Positions 37,792-50,400 of a DNA stretch of 64,000 nucleotides are shown piece by piece (the stretch's first letter is position 1; every line of letters starts with the position of its first letter). The stretch is from positions 11,038,001-11,102,000 of the forward strand of contig CM075991.1 in NCBI GenBank assembly GCA_038087875.1. Direction: 5' to 3'. Origin of the DNA: Malacoraja senta. Lineage: Eukaryota. Position numbers and translations under genes: made by a program. The notes below the pieces were generated by a model that saw only the letters and a list, made by a program, of their open reading frames with translations, searched no databases and was not told the origin of the DNA.

Positions 37792-39750
37792 ATGGGCTAT
37801 CCGGTCATCTTTGTGTTTGAAAGTATCTACTATCCTATTCTTGCAGCAGTCGGCATCACAGGTAAGGAATGGAACCAGTCACTGTGCATGATATTGTGAA
37901 TGTTCCTGAGTTCATTTGGTCTAGGAGCAGAATTAAGCAATTCGACCCATCAAGTCTACTCTGCCATTCAATCATGGTTGATCTATCACTCTCTCTCAGT
38001 CCCATTCTTCTGCCTTCGCCCCATAACCCCTGACACCTTTACTAATCCACAATCGGTGAATCTCCATTTTAAAAATATCCATTGACTTGGCCCTCACAGC
38101 CGTCTGTGGCAATGAATTCCGCAGATTCACCACCCCTGTGTGAATGTTGTGCACATGTTTATCTTTCTTCTCCTGTACTGCACAACCCAACATTTATTGT
38201 CATAGGGTGGAAGCAGAGAGTATGTGTGTGTCAGAGATGTTTTACATACGCGATATATTTCCATTATCTGCAATCAGAGGCCACCACTGTAATCGCCCCC
38301 GCACTTCACCCCCCCCCCCCCCTCCCCCTTCTTTGCAGGCACCATACAAAGGGGCGACCGTCCCCGACTGCCTCGCACGTACTTCCATCCCCACCAGCAA
38401 CCATTCTGCTTTGGCTAACATTCTCTTATAAAGCACACCATCCCCCTATGGTTTGACAAAAAGTTTCGAACTGAAATAATTCTCTCTCCGCAGATGCCGC
38501 CCGAGCCTTTACCTGTTAAAATCGGAATGTTCTGTCTATATTTCAGATGACCTATACTTCATAATTTTTAGGAGCAGTATTAGGATGCTCGGCCCATCAA
38601 GTCTATTCCGCCATTCAATTATGACAGATCTATCTTTCTCTCCCTCAACCCCATTCACCTGCCTTCTCCCCATTACCCCTAACACCCGTACTAAAGATAG
38701 TTTGTTTTATACTTTACAGGAAGTTAGTAATCTGTTTCTAACCCCGGCACTGATTTGTTTCCAGAGAGAGGTGATAATTTCCTTTCCCTTTCTGTTGCAG
38801 TTAACTTGGTGGCGATCGTCATCCTGTCCCGGGGAAAATGCGGACTCTCCAAATGTATTACTCGCTATCTGGTTGCCATGGCTGTGGCCGATGTAATGGT
38901 GGTGATCGTCGAAGTCGTACTGAAACGGATTAACAACATTTATTTGCCGGTAAATATTTTGTTCATCACTCCAGTCTGTGCCATGAAACTAGTTTTAAAA
39001 CACGTAGCCCTGGATTGCTCTGTCTGGTTCACTGTCGCTTTTACCTTTGATCGTTTTGTGGCCATTTCCTCTCCAAACCTCAGACCAAGGTATTGTACCA
39101 CAAGGACAGCAAGTGTGGTTATAGCAAGCGCGACGGCAGTGGCCTGTTTGAGGGACATCCCTCATTATTTTATGTATGAACCCAGATATATTATTAACAA
39201 CATCCCGTTTTTCTGCGTTGAAACCGCTGCCTACTATACTTCGCCTCTGTGGGCGGCTTACGAGTGGTTCGACAGTATCTTAACCCCTTTGGTACCAATC
39301 TTCCTCATCCTTCTATTCAACGCCCTTACCGTGAAACATATCATAAAGTCCAATAAAATCCGTAGGGCGCTCATGAATAAAGTGGATGAACGCAATGATT
39401 CTGAGAGCGAGAACCGTAAGAAGTCCATGATTTTGCTTTTTACTCTGTCTGCCAATTTCATCCTTCTCTGGGTAACATATGTTGTACATTCCTTAAACTG
39501 GCGGGTAAAAAACTATAACTACACAGACAGATATTACACCAACCCGATATACATCAACCAGCAAACAGGTTACATGTTGCAACTACTGAGCTCCTGCACC
39601 AACACGTGTATCTATGGACTGACGCAGAGGATGTTCAGACAGGAGCTGAAAAATGGGGTGAAATATCTGGTTACACTGAATGGGAAACTCTGTAAATTGG
39701 AAGCTACGGACATAAACCCGTCCCGGTGTTGTAGTGTCTCTTCCTGCTAA
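37792..39750 (+). CDS. GPR139-like GPCR copy 8 (type B) with stop-loss extension; join(37792..37861,38801..39750), 339 aa
   Basis: Intact exons. The usual TAG is TTG at 39697-39699, so the frame continues to TAA at 39750. Confidence 0.85.
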
Positions 39751-41848
39751 TCGGTTTCTATTCTTCAGAACTGGAAGATGGGAGATGAAACGGATCTAAT
39801 AGTGGATTAACCATACACATTGGTAGAAGAAACCAATGAATTGGTACAGCCCCTCGCATTAGATTTGATATTAAAGTAACTCCTCTTATTTGACTACATC
39901 AGAAGCAGAGAATAGAGAATGAATAGGCAGTTTTCTAGTAAACAGAAGGAACTCACATCAATCATTTGCAAGAATACCTGACTGATTTGGAGTAATTATG
40001 AACACTGAGTTTAGAAAATGTGTCATGGTTTTAAACTTGACCAGTTCCATTGTAATTCATTTGAGATAAGATTACGCAGAAGTGGGCTGTAAATAGTCAA
40101 TTGCAAGATAAGCTATGAGGGTTTTTCAAATAGTGAGGATAGTGAAGTTCATTCAAAGCAGAGTTGGAGTCGTGGAAAGCAGCCACATCTAGATATCCAT
40201 AGATGCAAAGAAATGGATCAAAATTATGGGGATTATTTCACACACTGAGTACCTCACATAGGAGAAGCTGGAGGTGGATAGAATGTGCAGAAGTGAAGGT
40301 AGAAAGGAAATTCAGAGAGCGGACAGGGTACATTGTTGTGGCTTTCATTGTAAATCTGTCTCACGTACAAGGTTTTGTTCCACTGGTGGGAGGGGGAGAT
40401 AAGAAAGGATAGGATGGTTCCTATCGGAAACCGAAGACCACTCAGGATTGGTGGAATGCGTATCAATGTGCATTCTGGATGAATCTTCATAGGAGGTAGT
40501 CAATGGAAAATGAATAATTTGGGGGGCACATGAATAGAGGGGGCACATTAATGGTCAAGCATTTTTAAAAGTGCAAATGTTACCCGGTCAATTTTAATTC
40601 ATTTTAAATTCATAAGGAAGCCTGGGATTATATGTCCCAAATCCTAAATATAATTTTTGAATGTTATCTAATCCAAAACTGAGTGCTGAAATTCTGCTGA
40701 CGTTGTACTTGTACTTGGGATTGGACAATTGTAGGCTGAATGTTTACAGTCACGAATATCACACGTGGACATATTACAACCTTGATTCACCCTCGTTGTA
40801 ATAGTTAGAGAGCCACAGTTTACAAAGCGATAAAAGTATATTAAGGGCACAAAGGAAAGAGATGTGGAGGTGGAGGGCGAGAGGGTGACAGAGAGGGATT
40901 ACGAAGGGTGAGAAGGGTCAGTGGGAAAGAGATACAGATAGAAATGCAAAGAAGAGAGACAGGTGGGGGAGGAGGAGGGGGTGGAGGAGAAGGGGACATA
41001 GGGAAGAGAGAGAAAGAGAAAGAGATAGGGAGGGGGCGAGGGAGAGAGGGATAAAGGAGGAAAAAGAGAGAGAAAGTGATAGAATAGAGGGGTGTGAGAA
41101 AGGGGAGACAGATGGATACATAGAGAGAGTGAAGAGACAATAGACGATAGACAATAGGTGCAGGAGTAGGCCATTCGGCCGTTCGAGCCAGCACCGCCAT
41201 TCAATGTGATCATGGCTGATCATCCCCAATCAGTACCCCATTCCCGCCTTCTCCCCATATCCCCCAAAGAGGGGAGAGTGAGGCAGAAAGAGAAAGGGAG
41301 AAAAAATGGAGAGAGGGGAAGAGAGGTGGTGAAAGAGATGGGAGAGAGATGGAAGAGAGAGGGAAGAAGAGAGAGAGGGAAGGAGGTAGAGAGAAAGGAG
41401 ACGGGGAACGAGGGCGAGGGGCAAGACTGAGAAGAGAAACACGTGTGGAGAGACAGGGAGGAAGAGAGAGGCAGACAGAGGGAGATGGGGGGAGAGAGGA
41501 ATAGAGAAAGAACAATACACAGAAAGAGGTAGTGAAAGAAAGAGATGGAGATATAGAGTGACAGGGGAGAACAGAGTGAAGCTTCAGATGAAATGTCAAC
41601 AACAGTGAATGAAAAGACGATGTTCAAGAAATCTCATAATTTACTGAAGGGACTCAGGAAGCCAAACCACACTGTGGAAGACGTTAAAGGAGATGCGGTG
41701 ATACAGAGGAGTGCAAACTTACCGGGGGCTCTTCTTTAATTTAGTAGGGATACACAGACCAATATTCATAGGAGCAGGCCATTGAGCTCAAGATATCTGT
41801 ATCTACAATGATGCCAACCAATACCGTGTATATACATGTGCCTGTACA

Positions 41849-42348
41849 TGGTTCACTGTCGCTTTTACCTTTGATCGTGTTGTGGCCATTTCTCTACAAA
41901 CTTCAGACCAAGGTATTGTACCACAAGGACAGCAAGTGTGGTTATAGCAAGTGCTACGGCACTGGCCTGTTTGAGGACCGTGAAACATATCATAAGGTCC
42001 ATTAAAATCCGTAGGGCGCTCATGAGTAATGTTGATGAAGGCAATGATTCTGAGAGCGAGAACCGTAAGAAGTCCATGATTTTGCTCTTTACTCTGTTTG
42101 CCAATTTCATCCTCCTCTGGACACCATATTTGATACATTCCATAAACTGGCAAGTGATAAACTGCAATTACGCAGACAAGTATTACACCAACCCGATATT
42201 CATCAACCAGCAAACAGGGTTCATGTTGCAACTACTGAGCTTCTGCACCAACACTTGTATCTATGGACTAACACAGAGGATGTTCTGACAGGAGCTGAAA
42301 AATGGGGTGAAATATCTGGTTACCTTGAATGGGAAACTCTGCAAATAG
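41849..42348 (+). pseudogene. Truncated receptor pseudogene fragment psi-C
   Basis: Same truncation and 174-nt deletion; TGA at 42286-42288. Confidence 0.9.
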
Positions 42349-43895
42349 GTTGGCTATCTGTTAGACTGTAGGTTTGCCGTCATCGAACTCTTCTGTAGGT
42401 GTGTGATAATGGCTTGAAACAAGCTTGAGAAGGGATCGACAAACTGGAACAAAATGATACAAAGAAAAACTGGAACAAAAATGGAATTTCTTGTCTCAGT
42501 TGCTACCCCTAATTTAAATAATATATTAACCATGTTGGTAAAAAAAAAATTTAAGTCAGTGAATGAACAAATTGAATGAAGGTGCGGTAAAGGGGAAGGA
42601 ATATTAAATAACATTTTTTTTGTATATTTTTGGAGTATTTAGCAATGAATACTGACAACATCTAACTCTCTCTTTAAAGTATCCTGATGAAGCGCCCTCC
42701 ACTGCCCTCCACCGCCCTCTGAGGCAGAGAATTCCACAGACTCACAACTCTCTGTGAGAAAAAGTATTTCTCATCTCCGTTCTAAATGTCTTACCCCTTA
42801 TTCTTAAACTGTGGTCCCTGGATTTTGGACTCCCCCAACATGGCGAATAAGTTCCCTGCCTCTAGCGTGTCCAAGCCCTTAATAATCTCATATGTTTCAA
42901 TAAGACCCCTCTCATCGTTCTAAATTCCAGAGTATACACGCCCAGCCGCTCCATTCTCTCAGATTATGACAGTTCCGCCATCCCGCGAATTAACCTCGTC
43001 AACCTACGCTGCACTCCCTCAATAGCAAGAATGTCCTTCCTCAAATTTGGAGACCAAAACTGCACACAATACTCCAGGTGTGGTCTTACAAGGGCCCTGT
43101 ACAACCACAGAAGGACCTCTTTGCTCCTATACTTATAACTCTTCTCTTATGACTCTCTATTGAGTCCACCAATAGACATGCGACAAAAAGACATTTGTGA
43201 ATAACAGTGAAGTTGCCAACATTCGTCCAACAAGAGATCAACGTCGCTCCATGTGTTACCTTCTGATATGAATAAACTTTGAGCATTTGTGTGCATTCTA
43301 CAATCATATTTTCTGGATTGTCTTCCAAACGGTCAGCGCCGCCCTTCAGGTAACTGCTGTCTCTTTTAGGAGCAGACTTGGGCCATTCGACTCTTCAAGT
43401 CTACTCCGCCATTCAATCATGGCTGATCTATCGCTCCCCCCTAACCCCATTCTCCTGCCCTCTCCCCAGAACCTCTGATGCCCGTACTCATCAAGAATCT
43501 ATCTATCTCTGACTTAAAAATATCCACTGACTTGGCCTCCTCAGCCTTCTGTGGCAAATAATTCCACTGATTCTGGTAGCTCTGCGAATATGATTACAGA
43601 GGCGATTTGTCTGCAAATCAGATTCAAAATCCCCAGACCTCTTAATGTGGCAGCCTTGTGGGGATTTATTTGGAAAATTTGTGTTTTCTGAAAAAAATAC
43701 AAAACAACTTTAAAATAGCCTGTAAACATCTTCTGCGGTTGGTTCATTAACTCAGGTTATTTAATTAAATATAACAGAGTGCACTCCAACTAAGTGTCCC
43801 AGCAGACCATCCCTTTACATATAAGGGAGGTCTCGTGTAGCCAAACTGACACCTTGCAGACATCGGCTAATGGGCAACTGTCCTTGACGCATAAC

Positions 43896-45808
43896 ATGGG
43901 CTATTCGGTCATCTTTGTGTTTGAAAGTATCTACTATCCTATTCTTGCAGCAGTCGGCATCACAGGTAAGGAATGGATCCAGTCACTGTGCATGATATTG
44001 TGAATGTTCCTGAGTTCATTTGGTCTAGGAGCAGAATTAAGCAATTCGACCCATCAAGTCTATTCTGCCATTCAATCATGGTTGATCTATCATTCTCTCT
44101 CAGTCCCATTCTTCAGCCTTCGCCCCATAACCCCTGACACCTTTACTAATCCAGAATCGGTGAATCTCCATTTGAAAAATATCCATTGACTTGGCCCTCA
44201 CAGCCGTCTGTGGCAATGAATTCCACAGATTCACCACCCCTGTGTGAATGTTGTGCACATGTATCCCTTTCTTCTCCTGTACTGCACAACCCAACATTTA
44301 TTGTCATAGGGTGGAAGCAGAGAGTATGTGTGTGTGTGTGTCAGAGATGTTTTACAAGCGCGATATATTTCGATTTTCTGCAATAAGAGGCCACCACTGA
44401 ACTGGTCCCCGCACACACCCCCTCCCCCCCTGCCCCTTCCTTGCAGGAGGCATACAAAGGAGCGACCGTCCCCGACTGCCTCGCACATATTTCCATCCCC
44501 ACCAGCAACCATTCTGCTATTCATGACATTCTCTTATACAAGCACACCATCCCCCTATGTATTGACAAAAAGTTTCGAACTGAAATATTTCTCTCTCTGC
44601 AGATGCTGCCCGAGCCTTTACCTGTTAATATCGGCATGTTCTGTCTTTATTTCAGATGACCTATACTTCATGAATTTTAGGATCAGTATTAGGCTGCTCG
44701 GCCCATCAAGTATATTCCGCCATTCAATTATGACAGATCTATTTTTCTCTCCCTCAACCCCATTCACCTGCCTTCTCCCCATTACCCCTAACACCCGTAC
44801 TAAAGATAGTTTGTTTCATACTTTACAGGAAGTTAGTAATCTGTTTCTAACCCTGGCACTGATTTACTTCCAGAGGCAGGTGATAATTTCCTTTCCCTTT
44901 CTGTTGCAGTTAACTTTGTGGCGATCGTCATCCTGTCCCGGGGAAAATGCGGACTCTCCAAATGTATTACACGCTATCTGGTTTCCATGGCTGTGGCCGA
45001 TGTAATGGTGGTGATCGTCGAAGTCATACTGAAGCGGATTAACAACATTTATTTGCCGATAAATATTTTGTTCATCACTCCAGTCTGTGCCATGAAACTA
45101 GTCTTAAAACACGCAGCCCTGGATTGCTCTGTCTGGTTCACTGTCGCTTTTACCTTTGATCGTCTTGTGGCCATTTCCTCTCCAAACCTCAGACCAAGGT
45201 ATTGTACCACAAGGACAGCAAGTGTGGTTATAGCAAGCGCGACCGCACTGGCCTGTTTGAGGAGCATCCCATATTATTTTATCTATGAACCCGAATATAT
45301 AATTAACAACATCCCGTACTTCTGCGTTTTAACCGCTGAATACTATACCTCGCCTTTCTGGGTGGGCATTGAGTTATTCGACAGTATCTTAAACCCTTTC
45401 GCACCAATATTCCTCATCCTTCTGTTCAACGCCCTGACCGTGAAACATATCATAAGGTCCAATAAAATCCGTAGGGCGCTCATGAGTAACGTTGATGAAG
45501 GCAATGATTCTGAGAGCGACAACCGTAAGAAGTCCATGATTTTGCTCTTTACTCTGTCTGCCAATTTCATCCTCCTCTGGACACCATATTTAATACATTC
45601 CTTACACTGGCAAATGGCAAACTACAATTACGCAGACAAGTATTACACCAACCCGATATTCATCAACCAGCAAACAGGGTTCATGTTGCAACTACTGAGC
45701 TCCTGCACCAACACTTGTATCTATGGACTGACACAGAGGAAGTTCAGACAGGAGCTGAAAAATGGGGTGAAATATCTGGTTACCCTGAATGGGAAACTCT
45801 GCAAATAG
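43896..45808 (+). CDS. GPR139-like GPCR copy 9 (type D); join(43896..43965,44910..45808), 322 aa
   Basis: Intact exons and splice sites; exon 1 reads MGYS. Confidence 0.88.
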
Positions 45809-47427
45809 ATTGGCAATCTGTTATATCTGTAGGTGTATCCCTCGTTGTAACAGTTACAGTGGCACAGTTTTCAAAGCGATAAAAGTATATTAAGGGCACA
45901 AAGGAAAGAGATGTGGAGGTGGAGGGGGGGTGGTGACAGAGAGGGATTACGATGGGTGAGAAGGGTCAGTGGGAAAGAGAAACAGATAGAAATTCAAAGA
46001 ATGGAGGCAAGTGGGGGTGGAGGAGGAGTGGAGCGAAAGCGGTCTAAGGGAAGAGAGAGAAAGAGAAAGAGATTGGGAGAGGGGGTGGAGAGAGGGTAGA
46101 TGGAGAGAGGGATAAAGGAGGAAAAAGAGCTAGAGAGAACGTGATAAAATAGAGGGGAGTGAGAAAGGGGAGAGATGGATACATAGAGAGAGTGAAAGAG
46201 GAGAGAGTGAGGCAGAAAGAGAAAGGGAGAAAACATGGAGAGAGGGGGAAGAGGGGTGGTGAAAGAGATGGGAGAGAGATGGAAGAGAGGAGGGAAGAAG
46301 ACAGAGAGGGTAGGAGGTAGAGAGAAAGGAGACAGGGGAAAGAGGGTGAGGGAGAAGACTGAGAAGACAAAGAGTGTGGAGAGACGGAGGAAGAGAGAGA
46401 CAGAGAGAGGGAGATGGGGAGAGAGAAATAGAGAAAGAACAATACACACAAAGAGGTAGAGAGACAGAGAAAGAAAGAGAGGGAGAGATAGTTACAGGGG
46501 AGAACAGAGTGAAGCATCAGATGAAATGTCCTCAACAGTGAATGAAAAGAACGATGTTCAAGGAATCTCATAATTTACTGACGTGACTCAGGAAGCCAAA
46601 CGAGACTGTGGAAGACGTTAAAGGAGCAGCGGTGATACAGGGGAGTGCAAACTTACCGAGACTGTTCTATAATTCAGTAGTGATACACAGACCAATATTT
46701 CATAGGAGCAGGCCATTGAGCTCATGACATCTGTATCTACAATGATGCAAAACAATGCCCTGTATTTACATGTGCCTGTTTTAATTTCAACTAAATGTCG
46801 GTAATATCTGCTTCTACCACCTTCCCCGGCAACACATTCCAGGCATCTATCACTCTCTGTATTAAGAACCGACCAGACAAATCAATAAATATTCCCATCA
46901 AAGAAGGGAAGAAATTGAACTTTTTTTCCTCTTCCGTCACAGTGAGGAATGTGGAGGAGTCACTGTGGTGGATGTTCATGTTAAAAGGTATTTTGTGTGT
47001 TCTGTTGCTTTTTATTAGTATGACAGTATGACAAATCCTCGTATGTTGCAAAACATACATGACTAATAAAGTATGATTATGATCATGATTATAATCTCTC
47101 ACCCTAAGTGTAGGCTCTCTGGTATTTGACATTTGCATCCTGAGAGAAAAAAAAGACTCTGACTATCCACCCTATCTGTGCCTCTCATCATCAACATACT
47201 TTTTTTTAAGAGCGAAGTTGATGTCAGGTTTAGAACAGGAAGGTCACTGATAGGATAGAGGGCTGGAGTAATAGAATCAAAAAAGATTAAAGCAGAATAC
47301 CATTGGTGATGGGAAAAGTTAAGAGTTGTTAGGTTTAGAGAAGGACTAAATAAGTTTATTCTTGCCGAAAGGAAATAGGAGCAATAGTTAAAATGTAAAG
47401 TTTCAATGTTCAATGTTTCAATGTTTT

Positions 47428-50400
47428 TTTTTTTTTTTTTTGTTTTTGTTTTTTTTAATTTTATTTTCTAGAAAAGGAAAAGATGGAAAGAAAGAAGAAA
47501 GTGAAGGAAAAAGTGAGAGTGTAGAAAATGTGACAACAAAAAAGGACGAAGACCCTATAAGAAAAAAATTAAAAACAAAAGAAAAAGAGTTAAGAAATAG
47601 ACCCTAGAAAAGAAAGAGAAAGAGAAAGAGGAAAAAGAGAGAAACAAATATTTTTATGAGCATTACGCAAATGGGACATACCAACTCTTCAACTAGCATC
47701 CCCCCTTACGTGACCTCAATTTTTTTTTAAAGATACCTTTGCACCCTATATTTGTAATAATTCTATAAATGCAGACCACGTCAGGTGGAAGTGATCTGGT
47801 TTACCTGCTAGGAGGAGTCTTATCTCTTCGAGGTGTAATGTTTCGAACATATTTGAAATCCACATGTTTATAGTTGGTATTGGAGCCTTCTTCCAAAATT
47901 TTAGAATTAGCTTTTTTCCAGTTATTAACCCATAGTCTATTAGTTTCTTTTGAAACACATTTAGTTCTGGACCATCTTCCGTTATTCCGAAGATAATTCA
48001 TTCTGCTTTGGGTATCAGTCTTATTTTAAATAACTTTGTAAAGATTTCAAAAATTTCATTCCAAAATTTTTGAATTTTTGTACAGAAAACGAATGAGTGC
48101 GCTATAGTAGCTTCTTGGGATTGACATTTATCACAAATAGATGATATATTTGGGAAATTTTATGAATTTTAGTTTTCGAATAATATAATCTATGTAACAT
48201 TTTAAATTGTATTAAAGTGTGTCTTACATTAATCGAACATTTATGCACGTTTAATAAGTGTTCATTCCAACTTTCCTTTGAAATTTTAATAGCTAACTCT
48301 TGTTCCCAGTCTCTTCTGATACCCTCCGTAGATGATATTAAGTTTGCTGATTCAGCTTTTATCTGCATTGCCTCATCCAATACATCTACTGGGTTATTAT
48401 AATGATCTTTTGTATATTTTTTCAAATAGTCGCATATTTGAAAATATTTAAAATATTGATTATTTCCGAGTTTATATTTTATTTGTATTTGTTGAAATGA
48501 AAGTAATTTTCCAGTTTCATGCAAGTCACCGAGCGTTTTAATTCCTAGTCTATCCCAATGTGTAAAAGCTTTATCTATAATAGAGGGATTAAACGAAGGG
48601 TTATTAACTATAGGTAATAAAAGTGATACATTTCTTAATTTTAAATTTTGTTTTATTTGTTTCCAAATTCGGATTGTACTATGAATAATTGGGTTCTTAT
48701 TATAATTTATATTATTCAATTTCATTGGAGAGAGGAGGATCGCTCCAATGTTTCCAGAGGAGCAATCCTCTTTCTCCATTACAATCCAGTCCACTTGCTG
48801 GGCGGAGTTATCCATCAGTTGAATCATATTTTTAATATTTACTGACCAATAATAATACATAACATTAGGTAGTGCTAAACCCCCTAATACTTTAGGTTTA
48901 TTCAGATGAGTTTTTTGTATTCTATGTGATTTATAGTCCCATATAAAATTAGTGATATCTGAGTCGAGTTTTTTTTTAAACTTCTTTGGTAAGTATATAG
49001 GAATCGATTGAAATAGGTATAAAATTTGTGGTAGAAAGATCATTTTTATTGCATTTATTTGGCCTATTAAAGACACCGGGAGCGTTTTCCAGAATTTAAT
49101 TAGTGTGTTTAATTTATTAAGTAGGGGATCAAAATTTGCCTTAGACATACCTTGATATGTTCTGGTAATTTCGATTCCCAAGTATTTAAATTTTTCTGTA
49201 GCTATTTTAAAAGGGAATTTTAAAAGATGTGTTGAATCTTTCGGTTTTATTGACATAATTTCACTTTTATTCCAATTTATTCTATATCCAGAAAAAGATC
49301 CAAAGTCTTCAATTAAATTTAATATAATTGGTATAGTGATTTGAGGTTTTGTAATGTACAGTAATATATCATCCGCGTATAAAGATATTTTATTATATGA
49401 GTCTTTAGTATTATATCCATGGATATCAGGGTGTATTCTAATTTTTTCTGCTAGCGGTTCAATAATGAGAGCAAACAGCTGTGGTGATAATGAGCATCCT
49501 TGTCTATTTCCCCTTGATAGTTGGAATTTCGAGGATAATATGTTATTAGTTAGTATTCTAGCTGTAGGTTTATTATATAGTAACTTGATCCATAGAATAA
49601 AATTCTCTCCCAGTTGGAATTTTTGTAATACTTTATCCATATAATTCCATTCTACTTGATCAAATGCTTTTTCAGCATCCAGCGAAATAATTGATAATTC
49701 TTGATCTTCAGATTTGTGTGAGTGCATTATGTTGAGTAGACGTCTCATATTGTTAGATGAGTATCTCTTAGGGATAAACCCCGTCTGATCTGGGTTTATT
49801 AATTTACTAATGTATTTACTTAATCTTCTAGCTAATGTTTTCGCTAATATTTTTTGATCTGTGTTTAACAATGCTATAGCTCTATATGAACCCGGTTCTT
49901 CTAAATCTTTGTTTTTCTTAGGTATTAGTGTAATCGTTGATTCCGCTAATGTATCAGGTAGTATTCGTTTTTTAAAAGCATATTGGTACATTTTTTGTAA
50001 TCTTGGTATTATTTTATCATAAAAGCTTTTATAAAATTCATTAGTAAATCCATCAGGGCCTTGTGTTTTTCCATTCTTTAGTGAGTTTATTGTATCTTCT
50101 AATTCCTTAATTGAGATTTGTGCACCCAATTCCTCTTGTTCCTTCAGCTCTAACTTGGGAAGATTACAATTATCCAAAAACTTTGTGATATTATTGGAAT
50201 CAATTGTCGTTTTAGATGTATACAAATTCTCATAAAATTGCGCAAATCTTTTATTAATATCCTTCGGTGTTGTTAATAATTCCCCTTTATCTGATTTAAT
50301 CTTTGGTATAGTATGTTCCTCTTCTCGTTTTTTTAGCTGGCGAGCCAAAAGTTTATGCGGTTTATCCCCAAATTCAAAGTGCTCTTGTTTTGTAATTTGA

